From NCBI GenBank assembly GCA_020348985.1, contig CP070761.1:244862-255342 (forward strand): a stretch of DNA of 10,481 nt. The letters run 5' to 3'. This stretch comes from Candidatus Thorarchaeota archaeon. GTDB lineage: Archaea; Asgardarchaeota; Thorarchaeia; Thorarchaeales; Thorarchaeaceae. The translations under genes were made by a program, and so were the position numbers. Of the stretch, positions 1 through 6,736 are shown piece by piece. Each line of letters opens with the position of its first letter. The first letter of the stretch is position 1. The notes below the pieces were generated by a model that saw only the letters and a list, made by a program, of their open reading frames with translations, had not been told where the DNA came from and ran no database searches.

Positions 1-777
1 CATCAGTTCTTTGTCGTTCTTGATAGGTGTGCTCCTGATCTTGAACACTTTCAGGCAGTCTTGACAACCGATGGGACCGAGAATGTTGATGAGTTTGTGA
101 GCCAAATTGGGGAGGAGTCCTCCATAGGTCATATTAGCACTCTGGCAGTTATCGAAGGGGGAGCGTATCTAGTATGGGGCCAGTACGTCGGAAGCAACAT
201 GCTATCCAACCTCGGCAGTTTCCTTGGGGGCTTAGAACCGGTTCTGACTGTGGAGGTTCACCCACTCGTCTATTTCAGTTCAAAGAGCGAGTTGGAGCTG
301 ACTAGACTCCACTTGAGAGTTCTGAAATGCCTGAAGCAGAACCCACGGATGTCAATCAGTGAGATTGCTGAGAAATCAGGCCTTGCACCCAAGACGGTCA
401 GAAGAGCATTACGTGAGATGGAAGAATCTGAGTGTGTCTCCTACAAAGCGAGACCCGATTTGGCCGCTGGCGGGGTTGTGAACATTCACGTCAGGATAGA
501 TTGGGATCCAAAGAGAATAGAGATTTCGGATCTGATCCAGTGGCTGAATGAAGAGTTTCCCGTCTCATTCTGGTCACCTTGGATATCCGCATCCGATTCC
601 GTGGTGTTTGCAGAGTTCATGGTCGAAGATCTTCTCGAGGCCGAGTCCATCTCAAAGAAGATCAAATACACCCCGTTTGTCAAGTCCTGCGTTACACTAG
701 TAACCTACTCTAATGCGAAATTCCCATACTTGGCGGAGTTGCGGCTCGAAGAGATGCTGCAGGAGGCCGGACTCTAG
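1..777 (+). CDS. Lrp/AsnC-type winged-helix transcriptional regulator, 5'-truncated
   Basis: Frame +1 is open from base 1 (HQFFVVLDRCAPDLEHFQAV-LTTD...), so the TTG at 61 is probably internal. The internal HTH LTRLHLRVLKCLKQNPRMSISEIAEKSGLAPKTVRRALREMEE fits the Lrp/AsnC pattern. It is followed by a RAM-like alpha/beta domain and ends in TAG at 775-777. Confidence 0.8.
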   Translation, partial: HQFFVVLDRCAPDLEHFQAVLTTDGTENVDEFVSQIGEESSIGHISTLAVIEGGAYLVWGQYVGSNMLSNLGSFLGGLEPVLTVEVHPLVYFSSKSELELTRLHLRVLKCLKQNPRMSISEIAEKSGLAPKTVRRALREMEESECVSYKARPDLAAGGVVNIHVRIDWDPKRIEISDLIQWLNEEFPVSFWSPWISASDSVVFAEFMVEDLLEAESISKKIKYTPFVKSCVTLVTYSNAKFPYLAELRLEEMLQEAGL

Positions 778-784
778 TATCAAT

Positions 785-821
785 CAGCCCCATTGGTTTT
801 CGCACTGAGGGCTGCGGTTTT
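785..821 (+). terminator. Possible hairpin terminator after the regulator gene
   Basis: CAGCCC (785-790) pairs with GGGCTG (809-814), followed by CGGTTTT. It starts 7 nt after the stop, between convergent genes. Confidence 0.3.
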
Positions 822-1056
822 CAGACTCTCATTTTCCTGTATGTTCCTTTTCCCGCTGGTGCAGTGGACCATCCTTCCATATAGAATCTCTGTGCAATAG
901 TGTCTGAACTGCTATGGTTGCATGGATGAAGAAGAAAGCTGCAATTGTCAAGGATAGAATAGTAGCCTTTCGTCGCGCGGATCCTAGCCCGCAGAGACTC
1001 AGGCCTATACGATTGATGGCATATCCAACACGATACGATCTTCGCGGATAGAGTGC

Positions 1057-1599
1057 CTACTCTACCAAAAGAATCGCGTAGCGGTTCATTGTGTCTGAGT
1101 AATCCTTCAGTACATCAATAGGATACCCAATCTGTCTAACTGTCGAGAATACGTCAACACCCATAGCTTCAGGTGTAGGTCTCGCCCGCTTTGGATGTTT
1201 ACAGTCTGCTCTAATTGCAGTACATTCCTCACAAAGTTCACAAGCGTCCATGAACATCAGAAATGTCTTGACATACCCCGATAGAAAGACCTCTTTCTCC
1301 ACTTCCAGGAGTTGAATACTGGTTTCTCGTGTCCAGTCATGACGATCATCAGGATTGTCAAAAGATCTACTGAAGTGAAATATAGCTGCCAGATCGTACT
1401 CATCAAAGAACTCTCTGCAATCCGAAACAGATGGGACGTTCGGGGGGCAGGATGCAGCTTCACCGTAGTTAGGACATCCATACGTGCATTTCATCCGCAC
1501 CCACTGTGCGATGATGACCTGCTTGGGATCAATCCATTTGAAATCGTCAAAGCCTCTCTCACGGAAGATTTTCTTCAAAGCATCTTTTGCCTTACTCAT
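1057..1599 (-). CDS. DUF2284-family predicted metal-binding protein (~180 aa)
   Basis: Cys clusters VRMKCTYGCPNYGEAASCPPNVP and ACELCEECT...CKHP, plus ARPTPEAMGVDVFST and a C-terminal YAILLVE, match DUF2284 as I recall it. I chose the ATG at 1599 (MSKAK...), preceded by GAGGGA, over the ORF-track start at 1677 that overlaps the upstream gene. Confidence 0.85.
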   Translation of the reverse strand: MSKAKDALKKIFRERGFDDFKWIDPKQVIIAQWVRMKCTYGCPNYGEAASCPPNVPSVSDCREFFDEYDLAAIFHFSRSFDNPDDRHDWTRETSIQLLEVEKEVFLSGYVKTFLMFMDACELCEECTAIRADCKHPKRARPTPEAMGVDVFSTVRQIGYPIDVLKDYSDTMNRYAILLVE

Positions 1600-1673
1600 G
1601 TGGTTTCCCTCTATCATCAGTGCAATTTGAGGCGACATTCGAGAGTAAGATATAGCATGAGAATCACGCAATC

Positions 1674-2858
1674 TCAAGTTTCTTCTTCGATGAGGGCCTT
1701 GACTCTCTCAAGAGCCGCATGAATTGTCTCTTTTGACGTTGCATAAGAGAATCTAAGGTAACCTTCCCCATTCTCTCCAAAAGCGGTTCCAGGCAATGCG
1801 GCGACACTTCCCTTCTCCAGCAATAGAGTCGCTACTTCTTGAGACGTCATGCCAGTCTCCATGATATTGGGCCAGGCATAGAATGCGCCGCTTGGCGTAT
1901 AGCAGGAAAACCCTGACACTTCGTTCAGACCTTTGACGATGAGGTCTCTTCTGGTCCGATACTCTTGAAGCATTCTTTGCACGCCGTCTTGACTTCCTTT
2001 TAGTGCGGTTATCCCAGCTATCTGCACAAATGGTGCAGTGCAAGTAAGTGCGTTCAAGAATAGCAGACCGAGCTTCTCCATGAATCGTTCAGGACCAACG
2101 ACATATCCGAGTCGCCATCCAGTCATTGAGTATGACTTGGAGAAACCATCAACAATAATCGACATCTCTTTTGACTCGTCGGCTAGAGAAGGAGAAAAGA
2201 ATTCAGTATCATATACAAGCTTGGAGTAGATCTCATCCGCCAGAATGAAGCAGTCATTCTCACGAGCCAATTCTGCCACTTGTTCCATGTCCTTCTTTGT
2301 CATCACGCTTCCCGTTGGATTATGGGGAGAATTCAACAGAATGAGCTTAGTTCTTGGTGTAATCCTGCTTGCCACCTCATCAGGAGTAATCCTGAAATCA
2401 TTCTCCACCTTCAGACGAATGGTAACCGATTTGGCTCCCACATAATCACAGACAGAGCCGTAGGTCGGGAATCCGGGATCTGGCAGGATTACCTCATCTC
2501 CTTTGGAACAAGTCGCTACAATCGAGAAGAAAATCCCTGGTTTTGCCCCTGGTAGAACGAGTATTTGACCCAGAGACGGTCGAAAGCCGCGAGTAGTCTC
2601 GATTTCGTCCTGAATGGCTTCCTTCAGGGTTTGCATGCCCCCTGTAGCCACATATTCAGTCTGGTTCTTTTCTATCGCTTCGACACCAGCTTTCTTGATC
2701 TCTATCGGAGTAGGAAAGTCCGGCTGTCCAATCTCGAGCCTGTAGACGTTCTTTCCCTGATGCTCAAGTTCCCGAACCCGCTCCAAGACACTGAGGGCAC
2801 CCTCTCCACTCAATCGATACATTCCTTCAGCTAGCTCTCTCAATTGCGTGAGCTCCAA
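1674..2858 (-). CDS. Pyridoxal-phosphate-dependent aminotransferase, class I/II (aspartate/aromatic type)
   Basis: Motifs LEIGQPDF, PGAK, PDPGFPTY, LNSPHNPTG, ADEIY, the PLP-lysine motif DGFSKSYSMTGWRLG, GAFY and GEGYLRFSYA. TTG start; the exact start is uncertain by a few codons. Confidence 0.95.
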   Translation of the reverse strand: MELTQLRELAEGMYRLSGEGALSVLERVRELEHQGKNVYRLEIGQPDFPTPIEIKKAGVEAIEKNQTEYVATGGMQTLKEAIQDEIETTRGFRPSLGQILVLPGAKPGIFFSIVATCSKGDEVILPDPGFPTYGSVCDYVGAKSVTIRLKVENDFRITPDEVASRITPRTKLILLNSPHNPTGSVMTKKDMEQVAELARENDCFILADEIYSKLVYDTEFFSPSLADESKEMSIIVDGFSKSYSMTGWRLGYVVGPERFMEKLGLLFLNALTCTAPFVQIAGITALKGSQDGVQRMLQEYRTRRDLIVKGLNEVSGFSCYTPSGAFYAWPNIMETGMTSQEVATLLLEKGSVAALPGTAFGENGEGYLRFSYATSKETIHAALERVKALIEEET

Positions 2859-2898
2859 TCTTGATATTGATGCGGCAGAGCTTTCCTGTATATCAGAA

Positions 2899-3462
2899 TC
2901 ACTGTTTTACAGCAGAGTTCGTTCTTTTTGAACGACTTGGAATGACCAAGAGAAGACCGAAAACAACACCAAAACTGAGTAGAATCAAAGCCCACTTCAC
3001 TGTCGTAATTAGACTAGCAGCTAAGATGATAGATGGAGATAGGCCAGGGTAAGCAGCTATCTGTGATGCTATCAGCGCGTTTTCCAGAAAATCGGCCGCT
3101 GCTGCCATTATGGGGAGAGCAATCAGTCCTTTGAGCTCAGGCTTGTCAGGATATGCCCTTCTGACTTCCATGGTAATCCCAAAGACGATTGATAGGCAGT
3201 AGGCAATCGGGAAGAGTAAATCAAGCAAATGTACCTGCGACCAAATCCTAAGACCATCAGATCCAAGCGTGTCGAAGACTTGGGCTATCTCCTCGAACGT
3301 ATACACTACTCTTGTGTCTGGCATTGTCACATCGCCGTAGACATCATAGACAAGAGTCTGCGTGGCGTAGCCCATAACGGCTACAATGACCGCGCTTGAA
3401 ACGATTGCCAAAATGAGATTGCGCGTTGTCGCCAGTTTGTCAAGCTTCCGTACGACACTCAT
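2899..3462 (-). CDS. Uncharacterised integral membrane protein (about 4 TM helices)
   Basis: 187 aa with hydrophobic segments LILAIVSSAVIVAVMG, LLDLLFPIAYCLSIVFGI, LIALPIMAAAADFLENALIA and IILAASLITTVKWALILLSFGVVFGLLLVI. A GGAGGT RBS lies 8 nt before the ATG. Confidence 0.8.
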   Translation of the reverse strand: MSVVRKLDKLATTRNLILAIVSSAVIVAVMGYATQTLVYDVYGDVTMPDTRVVYTFEEIAQVFDTLGSDGLRIWSQVHLLDLLFPIAYCLSIVFGITMEVRRAYPDKPELKGLIALPIMAAAADFLENALIASQIAAYPGLSPSIILAASLITTVKWALILLSFGVVFGLLLVIPSRSKRTNSAVKQ

Positions 3463-3470
3463 AATACTCT

Positions 3471-3476
3471 ACCTCC
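3471..3476 (-). promoter_or_regulatory. Shine-Dalgarno site for the membrane protein gene
   Basis: The minus strand reads GGAGGT-agagtatt-ATG(3462). Confidence 0.7.
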
Positions 3477-3483
3477 AACTTCT

Positions 3484-4014
3484 TCAATGAGATGCTCTCC
3501 ACCTCAAGGCTTTCTCTTCGATACTTCGAATGAACTCTGACTTACCATCCGTGTATGCCAGTCTATCATCTCGGAACGTCTGAGCCAATTCAAGTTTAAG
3601 CGCTTCATATTTCTTAGCTTCATACGGATGGGCAAGCAAGTAGTCACGGAAATTGATGTGACGCTCGACATTTGGGCTCCCAATCTGGAAGGTGTGAACG
3701 TGAATGGTGCTACTGGAGTCGTTTTGTGACCTTCTCCTGTCGAAGAAGCGCCTTCTTGGAATTCCATGCTCTCCGTTCGGCTCGTATCCGTTTTCCCGAA
3801 AGGTGGGATCATAGGCGTCAACACGCTCAATATCCTTCACAACAACCAGTATGTCTACAATTGGTTTTGCGTGAATTCCAGGAATGGCTGTGCTGCCAAT
3901 GTGATAAACTGATTCTATCTCGTCTTTCATGATGCTTTCAAGTAACGCCTTTTGTTGCTTGAAGACATCCCCCCAATAGGAGTCATTTGATTCAATCTCT
4001 ACCAGTTCAATCAT
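3484..4014 (-). CDS. GrpB/UPF0157-family protein (nucleotidyltransferase-like fold)
   Basis: Family motifs HIGSTAIPGIHAKPIVDILVVV, GEHGIPRRRFF, HVH, HINFRDYL, YEALKLELA and YTDGKSEFI. The ATG at 4014 is preferred; the GTG at 4029 is an alternative. Confidence 0.92.
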   Translation of the reverse strand: MIELVEIESNDSYWGDVFKQQKALLESIMKDEIESVYHIGSTAIPGIHAKPIVDILVVVKDIERVDAYDPTFRENGYEPNGEHGIPRRRFFDRRRSQNDSSSTIHVHTFQIGSPNVERHINFRDYLLAHPYEAKKYEALKLELAQTFRDDRLAYTDGKSEFIRSIEEKALRWRASH

Positions 4015-4136
4015 AGCTTTCCCTATCACGCTACTCGATTTGACCGGATAAATGGCTCGACTGCGTTATACTCTCAAACCTCAAGGATAACCTAATAAGC
4101 CAAAATCCTCGTGCGTGTCATCGCCACGACAACCAT

Positions 4137-4211
4137 GGCCCGTGTGGTGTAGTGGTAACATAGAGGACTGTGGATCCTCTGCTGCGGGTTCGATTCCCGC
4201 CACGGGCCCCA
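4137..4211 (+). tRNA. tRNA-His (anticodon GUG), intronless, with genomic G-1 and CCA
   Basis: Acceptor stem GCCCGTG(4138-4144)/CACGGGC(4201-4207); D arm GTGT-AGTGGTA-ACAT; anticodon arm GAGGA-CTGTGGA-TCCTC with GTG at 4170-4172; T arm GCGGG-TTCGATT-CCCGC. G-1 (4137) sits opposite C73 (4208), the His identity element. CCA is at 4209-4211. Confidence 0.97.
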
Positions 4212-4212
4212 T
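4179..4212 (+). repeat. 34-bp direct repeat, copy 1 (tRNA-His 3' end; att-like)
   Basis: CTGCTGCGGGTTCGATTCCCGCCACGGGCCCCAT, identical to 5614-5647. The flanking bases mismatch on both sides. Confidence 0.97.
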
Positions 4213-4308
4213 TCTTCGATAGCCACGTCAAGACCATTAGAAAGAAGATGTACAAGTACCTCTCTCTCCTTAGTTTAGGGGAGTATGGACGTTCAGGACG
4301 TGTTGTGA

Positions 4309-5532
4309 ATGAAGCATTCGGATTATCTGGCAGCACTTCTCTTTCTTCTGCTCAGCTTAGCAGTGCATCCGATGCTACTAGCAGACACCCATCTTGTCGG
4401 TCATTCTGATGCTGTAACACATACAACGAAGCAGTATGATGAACCAATCTCATTGGACTCCGAGTCAGATCTCAGTTCTTTTGACTTGAATGGTTCTGGA
4501 ACTCAGAACGATCCTTTCGTAATATCAAATCTCTTCTTCTACCCCGATGAAACTAGTATCACAATCAAAAACACCCGGTCTCATTTGGTGATTGAGAATA
4601 TTGAATCGTGGAATCTGGATGAGTACTCAGGAGAGAATCCTGATGGTATCTCACTGGAAAACGTGACGAATGTTGTCATTCGTGAGTGTACTTTCAAGGT
4701 TCTCGGTTCGGGGATACAAATTGAGAATAGCTCAGATTGTGAGGTTTACAATAATACGATTCACAACAGTGCACGCGGCGTGGTATTGGGTCGTTCAAGA
4801 AACATCGGAGTTAGACAGAACACAGTCTACTCCAATAGTCATGGAATCTCAGTTGGCGACACAAATGATTCCCTGGTTTTCCAAAACACAGTAGTGTATT
4901 CGGCTTCAGAAGGAATCGTCATGTACGGCGAGAACAACCTAGTCTATGCCAATCGATTTGGCTGGAATGGTGCGGGAAACGCGCGCGAACTATCAGGGGA
5001 CAATCGTTGGGATGATGGAAGTGGGCTCGGAAACTTCTGGAGTGACTATGCAGGATCGGACACATATGAGATTCAGGGCCCGGGTGAAGGTGAGGACAGA
5101 TACCCCTCGCTTCTTTCAGGTGATTTTGCAGGTCCTGTTCTGTCAGGGGGGACATGGCTAGGAGGCCTTGGGGAAGGAGGGCCGCCATTGGATCGGCTTC
5201 ATTTCGAGGTGAGTGTGACTGACACCTCGGGAGTTGAGAGCGTATGTTTCTGGTACAAGGTTGGTGGTGGTGTCTGGAACTACACCCAGATGGCACATGA
5301 ACCAACCGCAGACAATCCCGCACGGTATGTCTATGAAATCCCCGGACCGATCTACGGAATCGAGATGGAATACTTCTACTCGGCAACTGACAGTCTTGGA
5401 TATTACTCTGAAACTAGGCATACATCATTCGCCATCTTCACTGACCCGTTTTACTGGTTGGGATGGGCAATTGCTATTGTCACAATCATTGCTGTCACTG
5501 TCATGGCCGTCTGCTACTATACGAGAAGGTAG
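4309..5532 (+). CDS. Secreted, C-terminally membrane-anchored NosD/CASH-like right-handed parallel beta-helix protein
   Basis: Signal peptide (YLAALLFLLLSLAV); GSGTQNDPFVISNL cap; PbH1-like repeats GISLENVTNVVIRECTF, GIQIENSSDCEVYNNTI, GVVLGRSRNIGVRQNTV and GISVGDTNDSLVFQNTV; NRWDDGSGLGNFWSDY...DRYP motif; Ig-like segment (VSVTDTSGVESV...YFYSATDSLG); TM helix WAIAIVTIIAVTVMAVCYY followed by TRR. Confidence 0.85.
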   Translation: MKHSDYLAALLFLLLSLAVHPMLLADTHLVGHSDAVTHTTKQYDEPISLDSESDLSSFDLNGSGTQNDPFVISNLFFYPDETSITIKNTRSHLVIENIESWNLDEYSGENPDGISLENVTNVVIRECTFKVLGSGIQIENSSDCEVYNNTIHNSARGVVLGRSRNIGVRQNTVYSNSHGISVGDTNDSLVFQNTVVYSASEGIVMYGENNLVYANRFGWNGAGNARELSGDNRWDDGSGLGNFWSDYAGSDTYEIQGPGEGEDRYPSLLSGDFAGPVLSGGTWLGGLGEGGPPLDRLHFEVSVTDTSGVESVCFWYKVGGGVWNYTQMAHEPTADNPARYVYEIPGPIYGIEMEYFYSATDSLGYYSETRHTSFAIFTDPFYWLGWAIAIVTIIAVTVMAVCYYTRR

Positions 5533-5613
5533 GCTTCTCTCAGCAACATTATCGCTCAGCATTCATAGAGGGGATGCTCGATTCTGCCTGCTTAACTACA
5601 GCCGCAAACAAGA

Positions 5614-5647
5614 CTGCTGCGGGTTCGATTCCCGCCACGGGCCCCAT
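5614..5647 (+). repeat. 34-bp direct repeat, copy 2 (duplicated tRNA-His 3' fragment; att-like)
   Basis: Exact match to 4179-4212. It covers the T arm, the 3' acceptor strand and CCA, with no 5' acceptor strand upstream. Confidence 0.97.
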
Positions 5648-5650
5648 CGC

Positions 5651-6661
5651 TCATCTGATTTTCCTTTTGGCAACGAAGAGAACAACAAATCCAATGCCGA
5701 CCCCAATGGCCCCTCCGACTATCACCATTGCCACTTCATTTCCCGAATCTGTCGATATCGTGAATGTAGAGCTTGTGAACTGGGTTTCCGAAGCGACAAA
5801 TGCCTCCATGTTGAGCATGCTGGTCTTTTCGCTATGTGCACCATCTTCTAGTTCGTCGAGAAGATTGAGTTCCGCACACTTCTCGAAGTCGTAATTGTAG
5901 AATACCCACATATCGCCAACTTCTGGATCAAAAATCACTGAGTACGCCGTGAGACGCTCGCGACCAGTCCACTGGAGTATACGACGGAAACTGTCGACAG
6001 TGATGTTCTCTGGACTCTCAATCCTATGAAGTCTACCTACACCCAAGTTGTATCTTTCACACGGATACCAGCCCAGCTCGGGCATGACTGGATTGAAGTT
6101 TGTGACAACTTGATATATCCCCTCCTTACTCGTGAAAGCGATTCTTCCGTCTGATCCCGGGGAGATGATTACCGAATCACCGTCCTTATCCACGACGAAG
6201 AACTGAATGTCCCAAACTCCAGTGCTATGTGTTGACCAGAGTGTATACTGTTCGAATAGAGAAACAACATCACCAGAATCAGAGCAGTCTTCGAGGATCA
6301 TAGCCATGACGTTTCGCGGGAATACTTGTTTATCCGTCTCGTTCATTGGTGTCAACGGAATCAAGAACGTATCCACGATCAGACCCTCTGTATTCATTCC
6401 TGCACGAAGATCATCGTATGGCAGTTCCGTTGCGCAGAATACGACGTAGCCAAATCGATCTTCTCGAGGTGGAACAAACCTGACGTTGAAATTGTTGTGA
6501 GATGGCCAGTCCTCGTTTAGGCCAACAAGGACTCTCTCTCCATACGAGGCAGTAATACCGGTACAGGCCTCTACTGGAACTGAAACTGTGCATAGCACAA
6601 TCACAATTGCTAGTGAAGAACCTAGTACTCTCCCTTTCACTTCTTCCGCCTTTGACGACAA
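5651..6661 (-). CDS. Secreted, membrane-anchored Ntn-hydrolase (choloylglycine hydrolase/peptidase C45-C59-like)
   Basis: The signal peptide ends in VEA and is directly followed by CTGITAS (Cys nucleophile, codon 6563-6565). Further motifs are GLNEDW, GMNTEGL, VVTNF, CERY and TAYSVIFD. A Ser/Thr-rich linker leads to TM VAMVIVGGAIGVGIGFVVLFVA and KRKIR. The start may be the TTG at 6661 or the GTG at 6640. Confidence 0.85.
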   Translation of the reverse strand: MSSKAEEVKGRVLGSSLAIVIVLCTVSVPVEACTGITASYGERVLVGLNEDWPSHNNFNVRFVPPREDRFGYVVFCATELPYDDLRAGMNTEGLIVDTFLIPLTPMNETDKQVFPRNVMAMILEDCSDSGDVVSLFEQYTLWSTHSTGVWDIQFFVVDKDGDSVIISPGSDGRIAFTSKEGIYQVVTNFNPVMPELGWYPCERYNLGVGRLHRIESPENITVDSFRRILQWTGRERLTAYSVIFDPEVGDMWVFYNYDFEKCAELNLLDELEDGAHSEKTSMLNMEAFVASETQFTSSTFTISTDSGNEVAMVIVGGAIGVGIGFVVLFVAKRKIR

Positions 6662-6736
6662 TCAAATTCCAATTTATTAAGGAGTCATTTCAGAGCAACG
6701 GAAAGAGTCTGATTGGTTTGCGTTACGGGACCAGAT

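Larger units (their letters stand above)
4179..5647. mobile_element. Integrase-less single-gene genomic islet at the tRNA-His 3' end (1,435-bp unit)
   Basis: Bounded by exact 34-bp direct repeats of the tRNA 3' end, the usual footprint of site-specific integration. It contains one CDS (4309-5532) and no recognisable recombinase. Confidence 0.75.

Noticed and set aside
914-1051. 45-aa plus-strand ORF MVAWMKKKAAIVKDR...
   Set aside because: It is short, with no RBS or motif, and cannot be distinguished from chance.
4264-4301. Hairpin CTCTCCT/AGGGGAG and GGACGT direct repeat upstream of the beta-helix gene
   Set aside because: A 7-bp stem with a G-U pair, no T-tract and a 6-mer repeat are too weak to assign a function.
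4118-4409. ORFs 4118-4336 (-) and 4170-4409 (+)
   Set aside because: They overlap the tRNA and the start of the beta-helix gene and have no recognisable motifs.
4309-5532. Calling the beta-helix gene nosD (N2O reductase maturation)
   Set aside because: There are no nosZ/F/Y/L neighbours. The Ig-like domain and C-terminal anchor fit a generic archaeal surface protein sharing the fold.
5549-5647. SSV-type split integrase fragment reading out of the second repeat (minus strand MGPVAGIEPAAVLF...NAER*)
   Set aside because: It stops after 32 codons and has no tyrosine-recombinase R...HxxR...Y motifs. The GIEP peptide is just the antisense translation of a T arm.
5533-5647. A second functional tRNA-His, intron-containing or split
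   Set aside because: There is no 5' acceptor strand, D loop or intact anticodon. Only a weak GCCTG/CGGGC pairing is available, and I saw no BHB motif.
4179-5647. CRISPR array suggested by a 34-bp repeat
   Set aside because: There are only two copies, 1.4 kb apart. The sequence is tRNA-derived and no cas genes are present.
5158-5894. ORF-track entries 5234-5851, 5463-5894 and 5158-5421
   Set aside because: They are alternative-frame or antisense shadows of two well-supported genes, with no protein-family motifs.
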